NCBI GenBank assembly: GCA_038212275.1
Contig: JBBQUR010000019.1
Coordinates: 1-64,000 of the forward strand
Direction of reading: 5' to 3'
From: Planctomycetota bacterium
Lineage (GTDB): Bacteria > Planctomycetota > B15-G4
DNA length: 64,000 bases
Positions 29,792 to 39,184 of this stretch are shown in pieces. The notes beneath the pieces were generated by a model. It was not told the DNA's origin, did not search any database, and saw nothing but the letters and a program-made list of their open reading frames with translations. Every line of letters starts with the position of its first letter. Positions within the stretch are counted from its first letter, which is position 1. Both the position numbers and the translations under genes were made by a program.

Positions 29792-30559
29792 TCACTGGCT
29801 GGCCGAGCGCCCGTCCTTCGCCCAGCCTGAGTGCGCACGCAGGTCCTGCTGGCGGTGATAGATCTCGGCGACGGCTTCATCGAAGAGCGCGTCGTCGGGC
29901 TTGTTGGGATTGGACTGCAGCCCGTTTCGCGCCGCCTCCTGCGCTTCGTCGTCGGTGAAGCTGTAGCGCGTGACGACCTCGGTCAGGCGCACTCGCAGCC
30001 GTTCGCGCACGCGCTGCAGCCGGCGCGTCACGGTGGGTTCGCTGAGGCCGAGCGCGTCGCCGACGTCGCGGCCGGGCCGGCCCTCGAGCACCCGCATGCG
30101 GAACACGCTGAACTCGACGAAGTCGCTCTCACGCTCGACGAGGCGCAGCGCGGCCTCCACTTTGGCGTGAAACACGGCCTGTTCATACTGAGCGGGAGGC
30201 GAGCTGCCCGCGTCGTCCGCCGCGGAATCATCGAAGAGCTCGCCGGGCTTGACGCCTGAGCCGCGCTTCTGCGCCATGCGCCTGTCGAGCTCGCCGCAGA
30301 AGGTGTGCTTGGCGATCGCGAGCAGCCAGGTGGAGAAGCGCGCGCCCTTGTCGGGGTCGTGGCGGTCGATCGCGTCCGAAAGCGCGGTCAGCGTTTCCTG
30401 CGACAGGTCCTGGATCGTTTCCGCGCCGAGGCGTCCGCCGCCCCACTTGCCGAGCTGGCCGCGCAGGATGGGCCCGAAGGTCTCCCACAGTTCGAACCAC
30501 GCTGCCGGATCGCGGCCGCGCAGTCGCCCGATGAAGCCCGTGGTCAGGTCGCTCAGCAT
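29792..30559 (-). CDS. ECF sigma factor, kinase-associated planctomycete type
   Basis: DPAAWFELW, DLSQET, FSTWLLAIA, QKRGSG, region-4 HTH (DVGDALGLSEPTVTRRL). Confidence 0.88.
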   Translation of the reverse strand: MLSDLTTGFIGRLRGRDPAAWFELWETFGPILRGQLGKWGGGRLGAETIQDLSQETLTALSDAIDRHDPDKGARFSTWLLAIAKHTFCGELDRRMAQKRGSGVKPGELFDDSAADDAGSSPPAQYEQAVFHAKVEAALRLVERESDFVEFSVFRMRVLEGRPGRDVGDALGLSEPTVTRRLQRVRERLRVRLTEVVTRYSFTDDEAQEAARNGLQSNPNKPDDALFDEAVAEIYHRQQDLRAHSGWAKDGRSASQ

Positions 30560-30762
30560 CGAGGCGATTGTATGCCGGGCCCGCCGGTCGCTGCGCGTGG
30601 CGTCCCGGTGGCCGCTCCGGCGGCGCACGGCGCGTCCTGCGTGTCGCGCCCGCCGTGAAACCGCGCGAGCGCGGCGCCCAACAACGCCTCGACGACGTGC
30701 TGCCGCCGGGTCGAGCCCCCGGCGGCGGCGGAACACCTCGCTCGCTTCGGGAATCGACATCC

Positions 30763-31767
30763 ATGGGACTTCTCAAGACGACCCTTCGCATCGGCCTGGT
30801 CACGATCGGCATCGTGGGGGTGGGCGTGCTCGTCGCGGGCCCGCACCGCGCCGCGGCGCTCTTCAACCGCCTGCGCGGCGCCGTGGACACGGCCATCGAC
30901 AAGAACATCGACGACCCGACCGCGCTGCGCACGCAGCTGCGCACGCTCGAGTCGCAGTATCCGCAGCGCATTTCGGAGCTGCGTGGCGACCTCGCGCAGC
31001 TCGTCGAACAACGTCGGCAGATGGACCGCGACCGCGCCGTGGCCGAGCGCGTCGTGACGCTGGCCGACCAGGACCTGGGCGCGCTCAAGACCCTGCTCGC
31101 CCAGGCGGAGGTCCTGCGGGTCGCCGCCGCCCCCGGCCAGGTGGTGACCGTGCGCTTCGACAACGACTCGATGCCGCTCGACCAGGCCTCCAAGCGGGCA
31201 GCGCAGATCGCGCAGACGCGCACGGCCTACGCCTCCCGTGCGCGCGACGCGGTGCGCGACCTGACGTACCTCGGTCAGCAGCAGTCGCGCCTCGAGTCGC
31301 TGCTCACGCAGCTCGAGACGGAGCGCGCGGACTTCCAGTCGCAGATCTGGCAGATGGACCGCCAGGTGGATTCCATCGCGCGGAACGACCGGCTCATCGC
31401 GCTCATGTCCAAGCGCCAGCAGACGATGGACGAGTGCAGCCGCTATGAGGCCGGCAGCCTGGAGCAGATTCACGCGCACATGACCGAGGTGCGCAGCAAG
31501 CAGGAAGCCGAGCTGGACCTGCTCGCCGACACTCAGCAGCGGCTGGACTACGAGGACATCGCGCGCGGCCAGATCGACGAGCAGGAACTCCCCGCCGAGC
31601 TGGCCGGACTGCCGGCCTCCGGCGCGCTGCGGTCGTCGGAGGCGGACGCGGTCGTGCCGGAGGGCGGTGCGGCGCCCGGCCAGGGCGACGGCGGCGCGGT
31701 GCCGGCGCCGATCACGACGGCTCGCGGCGAGGTGCGCCTCGAGACGGCAGCACCCCGGCTGCGCTGA
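30763..31767 (+). CDS. Long coiled-coil protein with an N-terminal membrane anchor, PspA/IM30-like
   Basis: Hydrophobic N-terminus; IDKNIDDPTALRTQLRTLE resembles PspA LDKAEDP; extended heptad pattern. Confidence 0.6.
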   Translation: MGLLKTTLRIGLVTIGIVGVGVLVAGPHRAAALFNRLRGAVDTAIDKNIDDPTALRTQLRTLESQYPQRISELRGDLAQLVEQRRQMDRDRAVAERVVTLADQDLGALKTLLAQAEVLRVAAAPGQVVTVRFDNDSMPLDQASKRAAQIAQTRTAYASRARDAVRDLTYLGQQQSRLESLLTQLETERADFQSQIWQMDRQVDSIARNDRLIALMSKRQQTMDECSRYEAGSLEQIHAHMTEVRSKQEAELDLLADTQQRLDYEDIARGQIDEQELPAELAGLPASGALRSSEADAVVPEGGAAPGQGDGGAVPAPITTARGEVRLETAAPRLR

Positions 31768-31807
31768 GCGGAGTTCGGCACCCCGCCCGGCGCGCCGGGT
31801 GCGTCGG

Positions 31808-32035
31808 TCAGTCGCGCATCTCGGGACCGTCGTGCGTGTCGTGCCCATCCGGGCCGGGGTTGCCGTGCATGAAGGGCTGGCCGTGATTGAGCTGCCGCTC
31901 GAGCTGGTTCACGCGCTGCTCGAGCTCGTCGAGGCGCCGCCTGGAAGACTTGCCATCGTCGCCGTTGCCGATCGCGAGCACGCAGCCCGGGAGGAGGGTG
32001 CCGCACAACAACAGCGCTGGAAGGAGCTTTCGCAT
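31808..32035 (-). CDS. Small coiled-coil lipoprotein (75 aa)
   Basis: GGAG RBS; lipobox LPGC; RRRLDELEQRVNQLERQL. Confidence 0.7.
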   Translation of the reverse strand: MRKLLPALLLCGTLLPGCVLAIGNGDDGKSSRRRLDELEQRVNQLERQLNHGQPFMHGNPGPDGHDTHDGPEMRD

Positions 32036-32105
32036 CTGGGGAACTCCGTGGTGGGTGGGGAAGGTGGTGTCGGTGCGAATCATCGAAGGCGCCCATGAGA
32101 GCGGG

Positions 32106-32127
32106 CTCGAGGCGTCGGAGCCTCGAG
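32106..32127. other. Intergenic hairpin between the two mini-lipoprotein genes
   Basis: CTCGAGGC-GTCGGA-GCCTCGAG, perfect 8-bp stem. Confidence 0.55.
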
Positions 32128-32135
32128 GCCGTGAA

Positions 32136-32429
32136 CTAAGGCGCCGGGTTTTCGGTGAGTGCGGCAGGCGCGGGCGGCACCGTCCGATGCATGAGCTCGA
32201 GTTGATTCTCGAGGCTTGTCAGCCTTGCCTGCAGTTCGTCGGTGCGACGGCGCATGTCGTCCGTGAGCTCGGGGTCGCCGTTGCCCCAACCCACGAAGGC
32301 CATGCGGTGGGATTCTTGGTCCGGCGCTTCCCAGCGGTCCCGGCCGATGACGATGAAGCAGCCCGGAAGCAACAGCAGGGCCAGGCCGAGAACGGGCAAA
32401 GTGGGAAGTCGCGTGGCATTCACGTGCAT
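32136..32429 (-). CDS. Small coiled-coil lipoprotein (97 aa), paralog of the neighbour
   Basis: Lipobox LPGC; RRRTDELQARLTSLENQL. Confidence 0.7.
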   Translation of the reverse strand: MHVNATRLPTLPVLGLALLLLPGCFIVIGRDRWEAPDQESHRMAFVGWGNGDPELTDDMRRRTDELQARLTSLENQLELMHRTVPPAPAALTENPAP

Positions 32430-32749
32430 GGTCGCGGGCTCCCGGAGTTCCTGCTGAACGGGCAGGGCAGGCCGGGATGTTATCCGCGGCTTGCCATTGC
32501 TGTCGTGACAGCCTGATGGCAGTCGGTGAAGTGCGCGCCGCGCCGGATCATTCACATCGAGGAGTGTGAACCACCTCGTGATGAACACGGCGCTGAGCCG
32601 CGTGCTGTCGTGGATTGGCACATGTAATGTCAGTGCGACAGCGACGGCGTGATGGCGCAGGTGAATGAGCTTGAATCGTGCCTGTGGCGGGATCCTGCGA
32701 AGTCCTCTAATCTCTGCGCTGGTGTGACGTGGGGACGCGAGGGTGAATC

Positions 32750-34492
32750 GTGATGAAGACCTGGCCTGAAAGCCTTTCCTGTCGCTTGTTGTCGCAACGG
32801 CGCTCCTGTGAATTCCGTGCACCGGCATGGCGGCGCTCGTCACGGGCATGCGAGCCGTGGCTCCTGCGCAGCGCGCTGCTCTCTGCGTGCTTGATCGGTT
32901 CAGCGCACGCGCAGCACGAAGCCGCGTACGCGCCGCTCACCGACTTCAGCGCGCCCGGTGCGGCAAGTCTGTACGGCCTGTGCGTCGCGGGTGGCGGCGA
33001 CGTGGACGGCGACGGTGTGTCGGACTTCGCCGTCGGCGCCCCGGGCGTCAACGCGGAGGACGGCAGGGTCTACGTCTATTCCGCAGCAGACGGCGCGTTG
33101 CTGTACGGTGGACCGCTCACCCCGGTGCCGCCTGTCGGCATCACGGGTGGACACTACCAGTTCGGGTGCGGGCTCGACCTGTCGCACGATTTCAACGGCG
33201 ACGGCAAGGACGACCTCATCGTCGGCGCGCAGCAGAATTCCGGCTTCACGAATCGCAAGGGATTCGTGAGCCTGTTCGATGGAGCCACGGGCACGCTCAT
33301 CACGAGCTGGTCCGGCGTGGCGCAGGATCTCCTCGGCGGCTCGGTGGCTTCGGGCGACGTGGACGGCGACGGGCATCCCGACGTCATCGCCGGCGCGCGT
33401 CAGGGCTCCGGCTTCATGGGACATGTCGTGGTCTACTCGGGCGTGGCTCCGTACGCGCAGATCTTCCTGCACGTCAGTCCGTCGCCGACGAGCCACTCGA
33501 TGGACGGGCGCTCGGTCGCGTCGGCCAACGTGAACGGCGATGCGTACGCCGACATCCTCGTCGGCGCGGATGAGGCGGGAAGCGGCGCGCCCGTCGGCCC
33601 CGGCTTCGTGCAGGTGCTGCTGGGGCCCGCCGGCACGCCGGCCGCGTGGGGCACGCGGAGCGGCACGCTGGTCGGCGACCGCTTCGGCTTCGCCCTCGCC
33701 AATGCCGGCAACGTGGCCGGTGATGGCGACGACTTCGATGACATCCTCGTCGGCGCCCCGCAGAACGACTCGGCCGAGTCGATCGGCTACGCGATGCTCG
33801 TCGACGGCCTCACCGGCACGCCGCTGCGCACCTTTCAGGGCGAGCAGCCGAAGGACTACTTCGGCGTGAGCGTCGCGGGCGGTCTCGACTTCAACGCGGA
33901 TGGTTTCGTGGACTTCGTGATCGGCGCCAACCAGGAGCAGGCCACCGGCAAGCGGGGCTACGTCCGCGTGCACTCCGGGAAGCCCGGACTCGATCCGCCC
34001 TTCCTGTACCGGCGCGAAGGCGACAAGGCTTCGGTTCCCAACGCCGGCTCGGGTGTCGGCATCGGTCGCTCGGTCGCAGCCACAGGCAATGCGGGGCCGC
34101 TGCCCGGGGCATCCTTCGTGACCGGCTCCTCCGTGTACGCGGGGGTTGGTCACGTCGAGGTGATCGTCGGCCGCGACCTCCTGCTGACGGTGCTGCCGGA
34201 CAGCGTGTCGCTGGGAGAGATCGTGACGCTCGTCACAGCGCAGATGCCCGCGACGACTCCGGTCGTGCTGCTGGCCGGCCTGCCGCCTGCGCCCACGACC
34301 ATCCATCCCGTGCTCGGCGTGGCGCTGCTGCCCACGCCGCTGGTCATCGCGTGGATGGACATGAACGAGTCGCTCCTGCTGGCCGGCACGGCGCCCGTGA
34401 GCCTGCTCGGACTTCAGGTCCTCGTGCAGTGTGCGGCCAAGAAGTCCGGCGAGAGTGTTCGCGTCTCCGACATCCAGACGATCAACTTCTGA
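32750..34492 (+). CDS. Secreted FG-GAP (integrin-alpha-like) beta-propeller protein
   Basis: Repeated GDVDGDG..D..VGAP motifs; signal ending AHA-Q; start uncertain. Confidence 0.88.
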   Translation: MMKTWPESLSCRLLSQRRSCEFRAPAWRRSSRACEPWLLRSALLSACLIGSAHAQHEAAYAPLTDFSAPGAASLYGLCVAGGGDVDGDGVSDFAVGAPGVNAEDGRVYVYSAADGALLYGGPLTPVPPVGITGGHYQFGCGLDLSHDFNGDGKDDLIVGAQQNSGFTNRKGFVSLFDGATGTLITSWSGVAQDLLGGSVASGDVDGDGHPDVIAGARQGSGFMGHVVVYSGVAPYAQIFLHVSPSPTSHSMDGRSVASANVNGDAYADILVGADEAGSGAPVGPGFVQVLLGPAGTPAAWGTRSGTLVGDRFGFALANAGNVAGDGDDFDDILVGAPQNDSAESIGYAMLVDGLTGTPLRTFQGEQPKDYFGVSVAGGLDFNADGFVDFVIGANQEQATGKRGYVRVHSGKPGLDPPFLYRREGDKASVPNAGSGVGIGRSVAATGNAGPLPGASFVTGSSVYAGVGHVEVIVGRDLLLTVLPDSVSLGEIVTLVTAQMPATTPVVLLAGLPPAPTTIHPVLGVALLPTPLVIAWMDMNESLLLAGTAPVSLLGLQVLVQCAAKKSGESVRVSDIQTINF

Positions 34493-34535
34493 GTCACGCG
34501 GAGCGCCCCGAAGCGCGTGTGCGATGCTCACTCCG

Positions 34536-35750
34536 ATGAGCAACGCACACGATCGCCGCTCCTTCCTCAAACTGTCGGGCCTGACGCTGGCCGGGGCCGC
34601 CCTGGCCGGGGCGGGTCTCGGGGGCTGCCAGCTCGGGCCGCGGCATCGCACCGACAGGCCGCGCAAGGACGGGCCGCTCGCGCTCGGGATGATCGGTGTC
34701 GGCGGTCGCGGCGCGGACAACCTCGCCGCGGTGTCGGGCGAGCACATCGCGGCGCTCTGCGACGTGGACGCCGACCAGCTCGCAGTGGCGGCGGCGCAGT
34801 TCCCGGCGGCACGCCTGTTCCGCGACTACCGCGAGATGCTGGCGGCCGTGCCGCTGGACGCCGTGGTGATCAGCACGCCGGATCACACGCACGCGCCGGC
34901 CACGCTCGCCGCGCTGGCCGCAGGCCTCGACGTCTACTGCGAGAAGCCGCTCGCGCATTCGGTGGCCGAGGTGCGGGCCGTCGCTGCCGCGGCCGCGTGG
35001 CATGGCGCCGTCACGCAGATGGGCACGCAGATCCATGCGGGGGACAACTACCGTCGGGTCGTGGAGCTGGTGCGTGCCGGCGCCATCGGCCCGGTGCACG
35101 AGGCGCACTGCTGGGTGGGCAAGTCCTGGGGCGGCGGCGAGCGGCCGACGGAGACGCCGCCGGTGCCCGCCTCGCTCGATTGGAATCTGTGGCTCGGCAC
35201 CGCGCCGCGCAGGCCGTACAGCCCCGACTATCACCCCGCGGGCTGGCGCCGCTTCTGGGACTTCGGCTCCGGCACGCTGGGCGACATGGGTTGCCACCAC
35301 CTCGACCTGCCGTTCTGGGCGCTGGACCTGCAGCAGCCCCGCGACGTGGTTGCCGAGGGCCCGCCGCCGAACGCCGACACCGCGCCGGCCGAGCTGACCG
35401 TGCGCTGGTCCTTCCCGGGCGTGCAGCTCTGGTGGCACGACGGCGGCCGCCGCCCGCCGCAGTTCGCGCAGGGCCTGCTGCCGGAGTGGGGCGACGGCAC
35501 GCTCTTCGTCGGCGAGCGCGGCCTGCTGCTCGCGGACTACGGCCGGCTGGTGCTCCTTCCCGAGCAGCGCTTCGCCGACGTCATGCGCCCCGCGCCCACG
35601 ATCCCGGCGTCGGTCGGCCACCACAAAGAGTGGCTGGACGCCTGCCGCACGCGCGGCGAGACCAGTTGCGATTTCCGCCGTGCCGCGCCGCTCACCGAGA
35701 CCGTGCTGCTGGGCGTCGAGGCCTACCGGCGCACGGCCGCGCCGGGCTGA
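34536..35750 (+). CDS. Tat-exported Gfo/Idh/MocA oxidoreductase
   Basis: DRRSFLK Tat motif; IGVGGRG, STPDHTH, YCEKPL, GDMGCH. Confidence 0.9.
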   Translation: MSNAHDRRSFLKLSGLTLAGAALAGAGLGGCQLGPRHRTDRPRKDGPLALGMIGVGGRGADNLAAVSGEHIAALCDVDADQLAVAAAQFPAARLFRDYREMLAAVPLDAVVISTPDHTHAPATLAALAAGLDVYCEKPLAHSVAEVRAVAAAAAWHGAVTQMGTQIHAGDNYRRVVELVRAGAIGPVHEAHCWVGKSWGGGERPTETPPVPASLDWNLWLGTAPRRPYSPDYHPAGWRRFWDFGSGTLGDMGCHHLDLPFWALDLQQPRDVVAEGPPPNADTAPAELTVRWSFPGVQLWWHDGGRRPPQFAQGLLPEWGDGTLFVGERGLLLADYGRLVLLPEQRFADVMRPAPTIPASVGHHKEWLDACRTRGETSCDFRRAAPLTETVLLGVEAYRRTAAPG

Positions 35751-35787
35751 GCACGCCCCGATCCGGGCGCGTATCCGCGCGGCGCTC

Positions 35788-36888
35788 TCAGCGTCCGATG
35801 CGCTCGCGCAGCGCGAACTCCAGGCGCGCGCGCCAGCGCGGCAGGCCCACGAGCAGCGTATGAGCCTGGACGTCCTGCGCGCCCCAGTCGCGCTTGTGCG
35901 GGGCATCGCCCTCCTGGAAATCGCAGGTGCGCACGCCGCGTTCGATGAGCTGCGACAGCGCCCAGGCGCGCAGCGCGGTGCCCGGTCGCCAGGCGATGTC
36001 GGGCGTGAAGCCTTCCTGGATCTGCGTGTAGACCGAGCCGCTCTGCAGGCCGAACTGCGCGGCGATGGGCTTGCCGCCCAGCTCGAGCAGCGCGAGGCGC
36101 AGGCGGCCCTGCGCCAGGTATCCGGTTGCCATCTCGGCGTAGAACGCGCGCCTCCGTGCGTCGGCGAAACTTCCGCTTCTCCCCTCCGACTGCCAGCGCA
36201 CCTGGTGCAGCTCGAACAGCGAGGCCAGGCCCGCGTCGAGTTGTGCGGGGTCCTCGACGAAGCGCGCCCGCGCGCCGGCGCTCTCGATGGAGCGCAGCGC
36301 CGCACGCACCTTGCTGCGCATGCGCGGCTTCAGCATCGCCAGCGTGTCGGCGAAGGTCTCGCCCAGAGGCGCCTGCAGATACACCAGCGGGACGAGCCGG
36401 GAGGGCCAGCCGCGCTGCCGCATCGTGGCCTCCAGCGCCTGCGTGCCTGCCGACAGGCCGGGCGTGCAGAAGAGCAGCAGCGCCGCTGCGTTCCGCTCGT
36501 GCGACAGCCCTTCGGCAAGCACCTGCGCTCCGGCTGACTCGAAGCCCGGAGCGATGAGCGGCTCCAGCGCTTCGGAGTCGAAGCTGCCGTCGGCGGCGTG
36601 CAGCAGGCGGCGCAGCGCATACCAGCCGCGCGACGGCTCGCGCTTCAGCGGGAGGAAGGCCTGCGCGCAGCCCGCGCCGTCGCGCGCCACGAGGGCGAAC
36701 GGCTCGCTGCGTCCGGGGAAGGCGCGGAGGTAGGGCAGCACCCAGGCCGGTTCGTTGCAGGGCTGGGCCGGACGAACGCGCTCGCACAAGGCCTGCCACT
36801 CGGGCGCGAAGGCCGTCAGCGCATCGAGGCCGTCGAGCCGCTGCAGGGCCAGCGCGCCGCTCATGTCCATCGAGCCGTTACGAAACAT
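35788..36888 (-). CDS. GNAT acetyltransferase, CelD/BcsL-like
   Basis: LFELHQVRW, LELGGKPIAAQFG, PGTAL, DFQEGDAPHKRDW. Confidence 0.75.
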   Translation of the reverse strand: MFRNGSMDMSGALALQRLDGLDALTAFAPEWQALCERVRPAQPCNEPAWVLPYLRAFPGRSEPFALVARDGAGCAQAFLPLKREPSRGWYALRRLLHAADGSFDSEALEPLIAPGFESAGAQVLAEGLSHERNAAALLLFCTPGLSAGTQALEATMRQRGWPSRLVPLVYLQAPLGETFADTLAMLKPRMRSKVRAALRSIESAGARARFVEDPAQLDAGLASLFELHQVRWQSEGRSGSFADARRRAFYAEMATGYLAQGRLRLALLELGGKPIAAQFGLQSGSVYTQIQEGFTPDIAWRPGTALRAWALSQLIERGVRTCDFQEGDAPHKRDWGAQDVQAHTLLVGLPRWRARLEFALRERIGR

Positions 36889-36922
36889 GGGGGCAGCGTG
36901 ACTGCCTCCGCGGCCACTCGCA

Positions 36923-39184
36923 TCAGAAATATCCCAGGGCCTCGAGGCCCGCGCGGATGTCGTCCGAGAGCATGAGCGTCGGCACGTCGCGGAAGCCGGT
37001 CTCCTGCAGGACCTGGCTGTGCGCGCGCAGCAGCTCGAGCAGGGCCTTCACGCGTTCGTGCTGCGCCGGGTCGTGCATCAGGTCGTGCTGCTCGTGCGGA
37101 TCGGCGCGCAGGTCGAACAGCTGCTGGCGTCCCGTCGGGCCCGGCGGATTGTTGGTGTCGCGCTCCGTGAGCACCAGCTTGTACATGCCGTCGCGCAGGC
37201 CGCTGAAGACGAAGCTGCGCGTGTCGTCTTCGTTCTCGCCGAACTCGCTCTCGATGTAGTGCACGGACGGTGCCAGCGGTGCGGGCTCCGGCTTCACGAG
37301 TTGCGCGAAGGTCCTGCCGTCGCCCAGCTGCTGCTGGCCCGTGCCGGCGAGGTCCAGCAGCGTCGCCGCGATGTCGTGCGTCGCCACCGGATCGGTGACC
37401 ACGCGGCCGACGGCCACGCCTGGGCCGCGCAGGATGAGCGGTACGTGCACCACTTCCTGGAAGAGCGAGAAGCCGTGGCCGAGCACGCCGTGCTCGAAGA
37501 ACTCCTCGCCGTGGTCGCTGGTGATGAGCAGCAGCGTGTTGTCGACGAGACCGAGCTTCTCCAGCCGGGCCTCCAGCTCGGCGATGCCGTCGTCCATGTA
37601 GCGGATCTCGGCGTCGTACAGGTCGCGGCCCACGAGGCGCTTGCGCTCGTTGAACAGCGGGAAACCGTGGTCCTGCGCGAAGTCCGTCGCGTAGGGCTCG
37701 GGCGGCGAATACGGCTCGTGCGGATCGATGTAGTGCAGGTAGAGGAAGAAGGGCTTGTCGTGGTGGGCGTCGAGCCACGGCAGGATGTGCGCGTTCATGG
37801 CCGTGCAGTCGTTGGCGTACTTCCAGTTGAACTGGTAGCGGGTCAGGTCGGCCAGCACCGCGCCGAAGAGCGAGTCTCGCAGCGACGAGAGCGTGAGCGT
37901 GTCCTGCGCGGGTGCGTCGAACCACAGGTCGAAGCCGCGGTCGAAGTTGAAGACGGCCTTGATGTTGGGGTTGCTCACGAAGCCGGCCGTCTCGAAACCG
38001 GCGGCGCGGAAGGTCTCCGCCAGAGTCTTCGTGCCCGCTGGCGTGTGGAGCTGGCTGCCGTGATAGAGCGCACCGTGGCGCGACGGGAAGAGGCCCGTGA
38101 GCAGCGTGCCCGTCGACGGCTTGGTCCACGAGGCCGCCGCCACGAGATCCTCGAAACGGGTGCCCTGTGCGGCGATGTGATCGATGGTGGGCGAGGTCTT
38201 GCGCGGATAGCCGTACGAGGAGAGCGCATCGGCGCGCAGCGTGTCGATGGTCACGAAGACCACGTTGGGTCCGGTGGGGCGGCCGGCGGCCGGCGTGCTC
38301 TGCGGTTCCGGCGCGGCGCCGTCGTCGGGAGCGGTCGCACCGCTCACGCCGGCCTCGGTCGCACCGCTCACGCCGGCCACGGGCACGGTCGCCTGCGGAT
38401 CCACGTCGAAGGTGGCCACCCAGACGACGGTGCACGTCAGCAGCAGGGCGCGCAGGCCGAAGAGCAGCGGGCGCGGCGCGATCGTTGCGCGACTGGCCGT
38501 CCACGCCAGGGCCGGCATGACGGGGCACAGCAGTCCCATGCCCAGCCGTGCGAGCACGAGGGACGCCGGCGCGCACAGGCCCGCCGCCAGCCAGGGCCAG
38601 AGGCCGGCGTGGTCGTGGAGCAGGATCGTCCACGCGCCGGTCAGGCCGAGACCGAGGCTGGCCGCACCGGCCAGCGCGCGCCCGAGCGGCTCGTCCGCCC
38701 TGCTGCCGGGCAGCGCCGCGGCGACGCACTCGAACACGATGAAGAGCGCCGCGCACGCCCCGATGCCGACGACGTCGAGCAGCAGCACGCCGCCCGTGGC
38801 GAGAAAGGGCAGCGCCTCGCCCGCGAGCCACGCACCGAGGGCGATCCACAGCGTGAAGCCGGCGCTGACGCGCACCACGTTGGCCGCCAGGCGCGTGTCG
38901 ACGGGCCACGCGCCAGACGGTCGCCAGCGGCGGTCGAGCAGCGGCAGCAGGAGGCATCCCAGCAGGCACAGCAGCAGCGCCAGCAGGCCGAAGCCCAGGG
39001 ACTCCACCGCGGCACGCTGCAGGATGATGAGCGTGCGCTCGCTCCACGGCGACGTGGCGCCCGCCTGGAATTCGAGCACGTGCTCGCGCTGGCTGTACTC
39101 CAGCAAGCCGCGCACGCCGCCGAGCACCAGCGCCCACAGCGCCACCGACGTGGACCAGCGCAGCATGGAGCGCAGGCGGTTCAT
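36923..39184 (-). CDS. Membrane-anchored sulfatase-like hydrolase/transferase (alkaline phosphatase superfamily)
   Basis: Multi-TM N-terminus; PNVVFVTIDTLRAD, SWTKPS, YIDPHEPY, TSDHGEEF, HG; ATGA overlap. Confidence 0.85.
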   Translation of the reverse strand: MNRLRSMLRWSTSVALWALVLGGVRGLLEYSQREHVLEFQAGATSPWSERTLIILQRAAVESLGFGLLALLLCLLGCLLLPLLDRRWRPSGAWPVDTRLAANVVRVSAGFTLWIALGAWLAGEALPFLATGGVLLLDVVGIGACAALFIVFECVAAALPGSRADEPLGRALAGAASLGLGLTGAWTILLHDHAGLWPWLAAGLCAPASLVLARLGMGLLCPVMPALAWTASRATIAPRPLLFGLRALLLTCTVVWVATFDVDPQATVPVAGVSGATEAGVSGATAPDDGAAPEPQSTPAAGRPTGPNVVFVTIDTLRADALSSYGYPRKTSPTIDHIAAQGTRFEDLVAAASWTKPSTGTLLTGLFPSRHGALYHGSQLHTPAGTKTLAETFRAAGFETAGFVSNPNIKAVFNFDRGFDLWFDAPAQDTLTLSSLRDSLFGAVLADLTRYQFNWKYANDCTAMNAHILPWLDAHHDKPFFLYLHYIDPHEPYSPPEPYATDFAQDHGFPLFNERKRLVGRDLYDAEIRYMDDGIAELEARLEKLGLVDNTLLLITSDHGEEFFEHGVLGHGFSLFQEVVHVPLILRGPGVAVGRVVTDPVATHDIAATLLDLAGTGQQQLGDGRTFAQLVKPEPAPLAPSVHYIESEFGENEDDTRSFVFSGLRDGMYKLVLTERDTNNPPGPTGRQQLFDLRADPHEQHDLMHDPAQHERVKALLELLRAHSQVLQETGFRDVPTLMLSDDIRAGLEALGYF

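Noticed and set aside
32581..32652. 23-aa ORF MNTALSRVLSWIGTCNVSATATA
   Set aside because: No SD and no recognisable features; likely chance.
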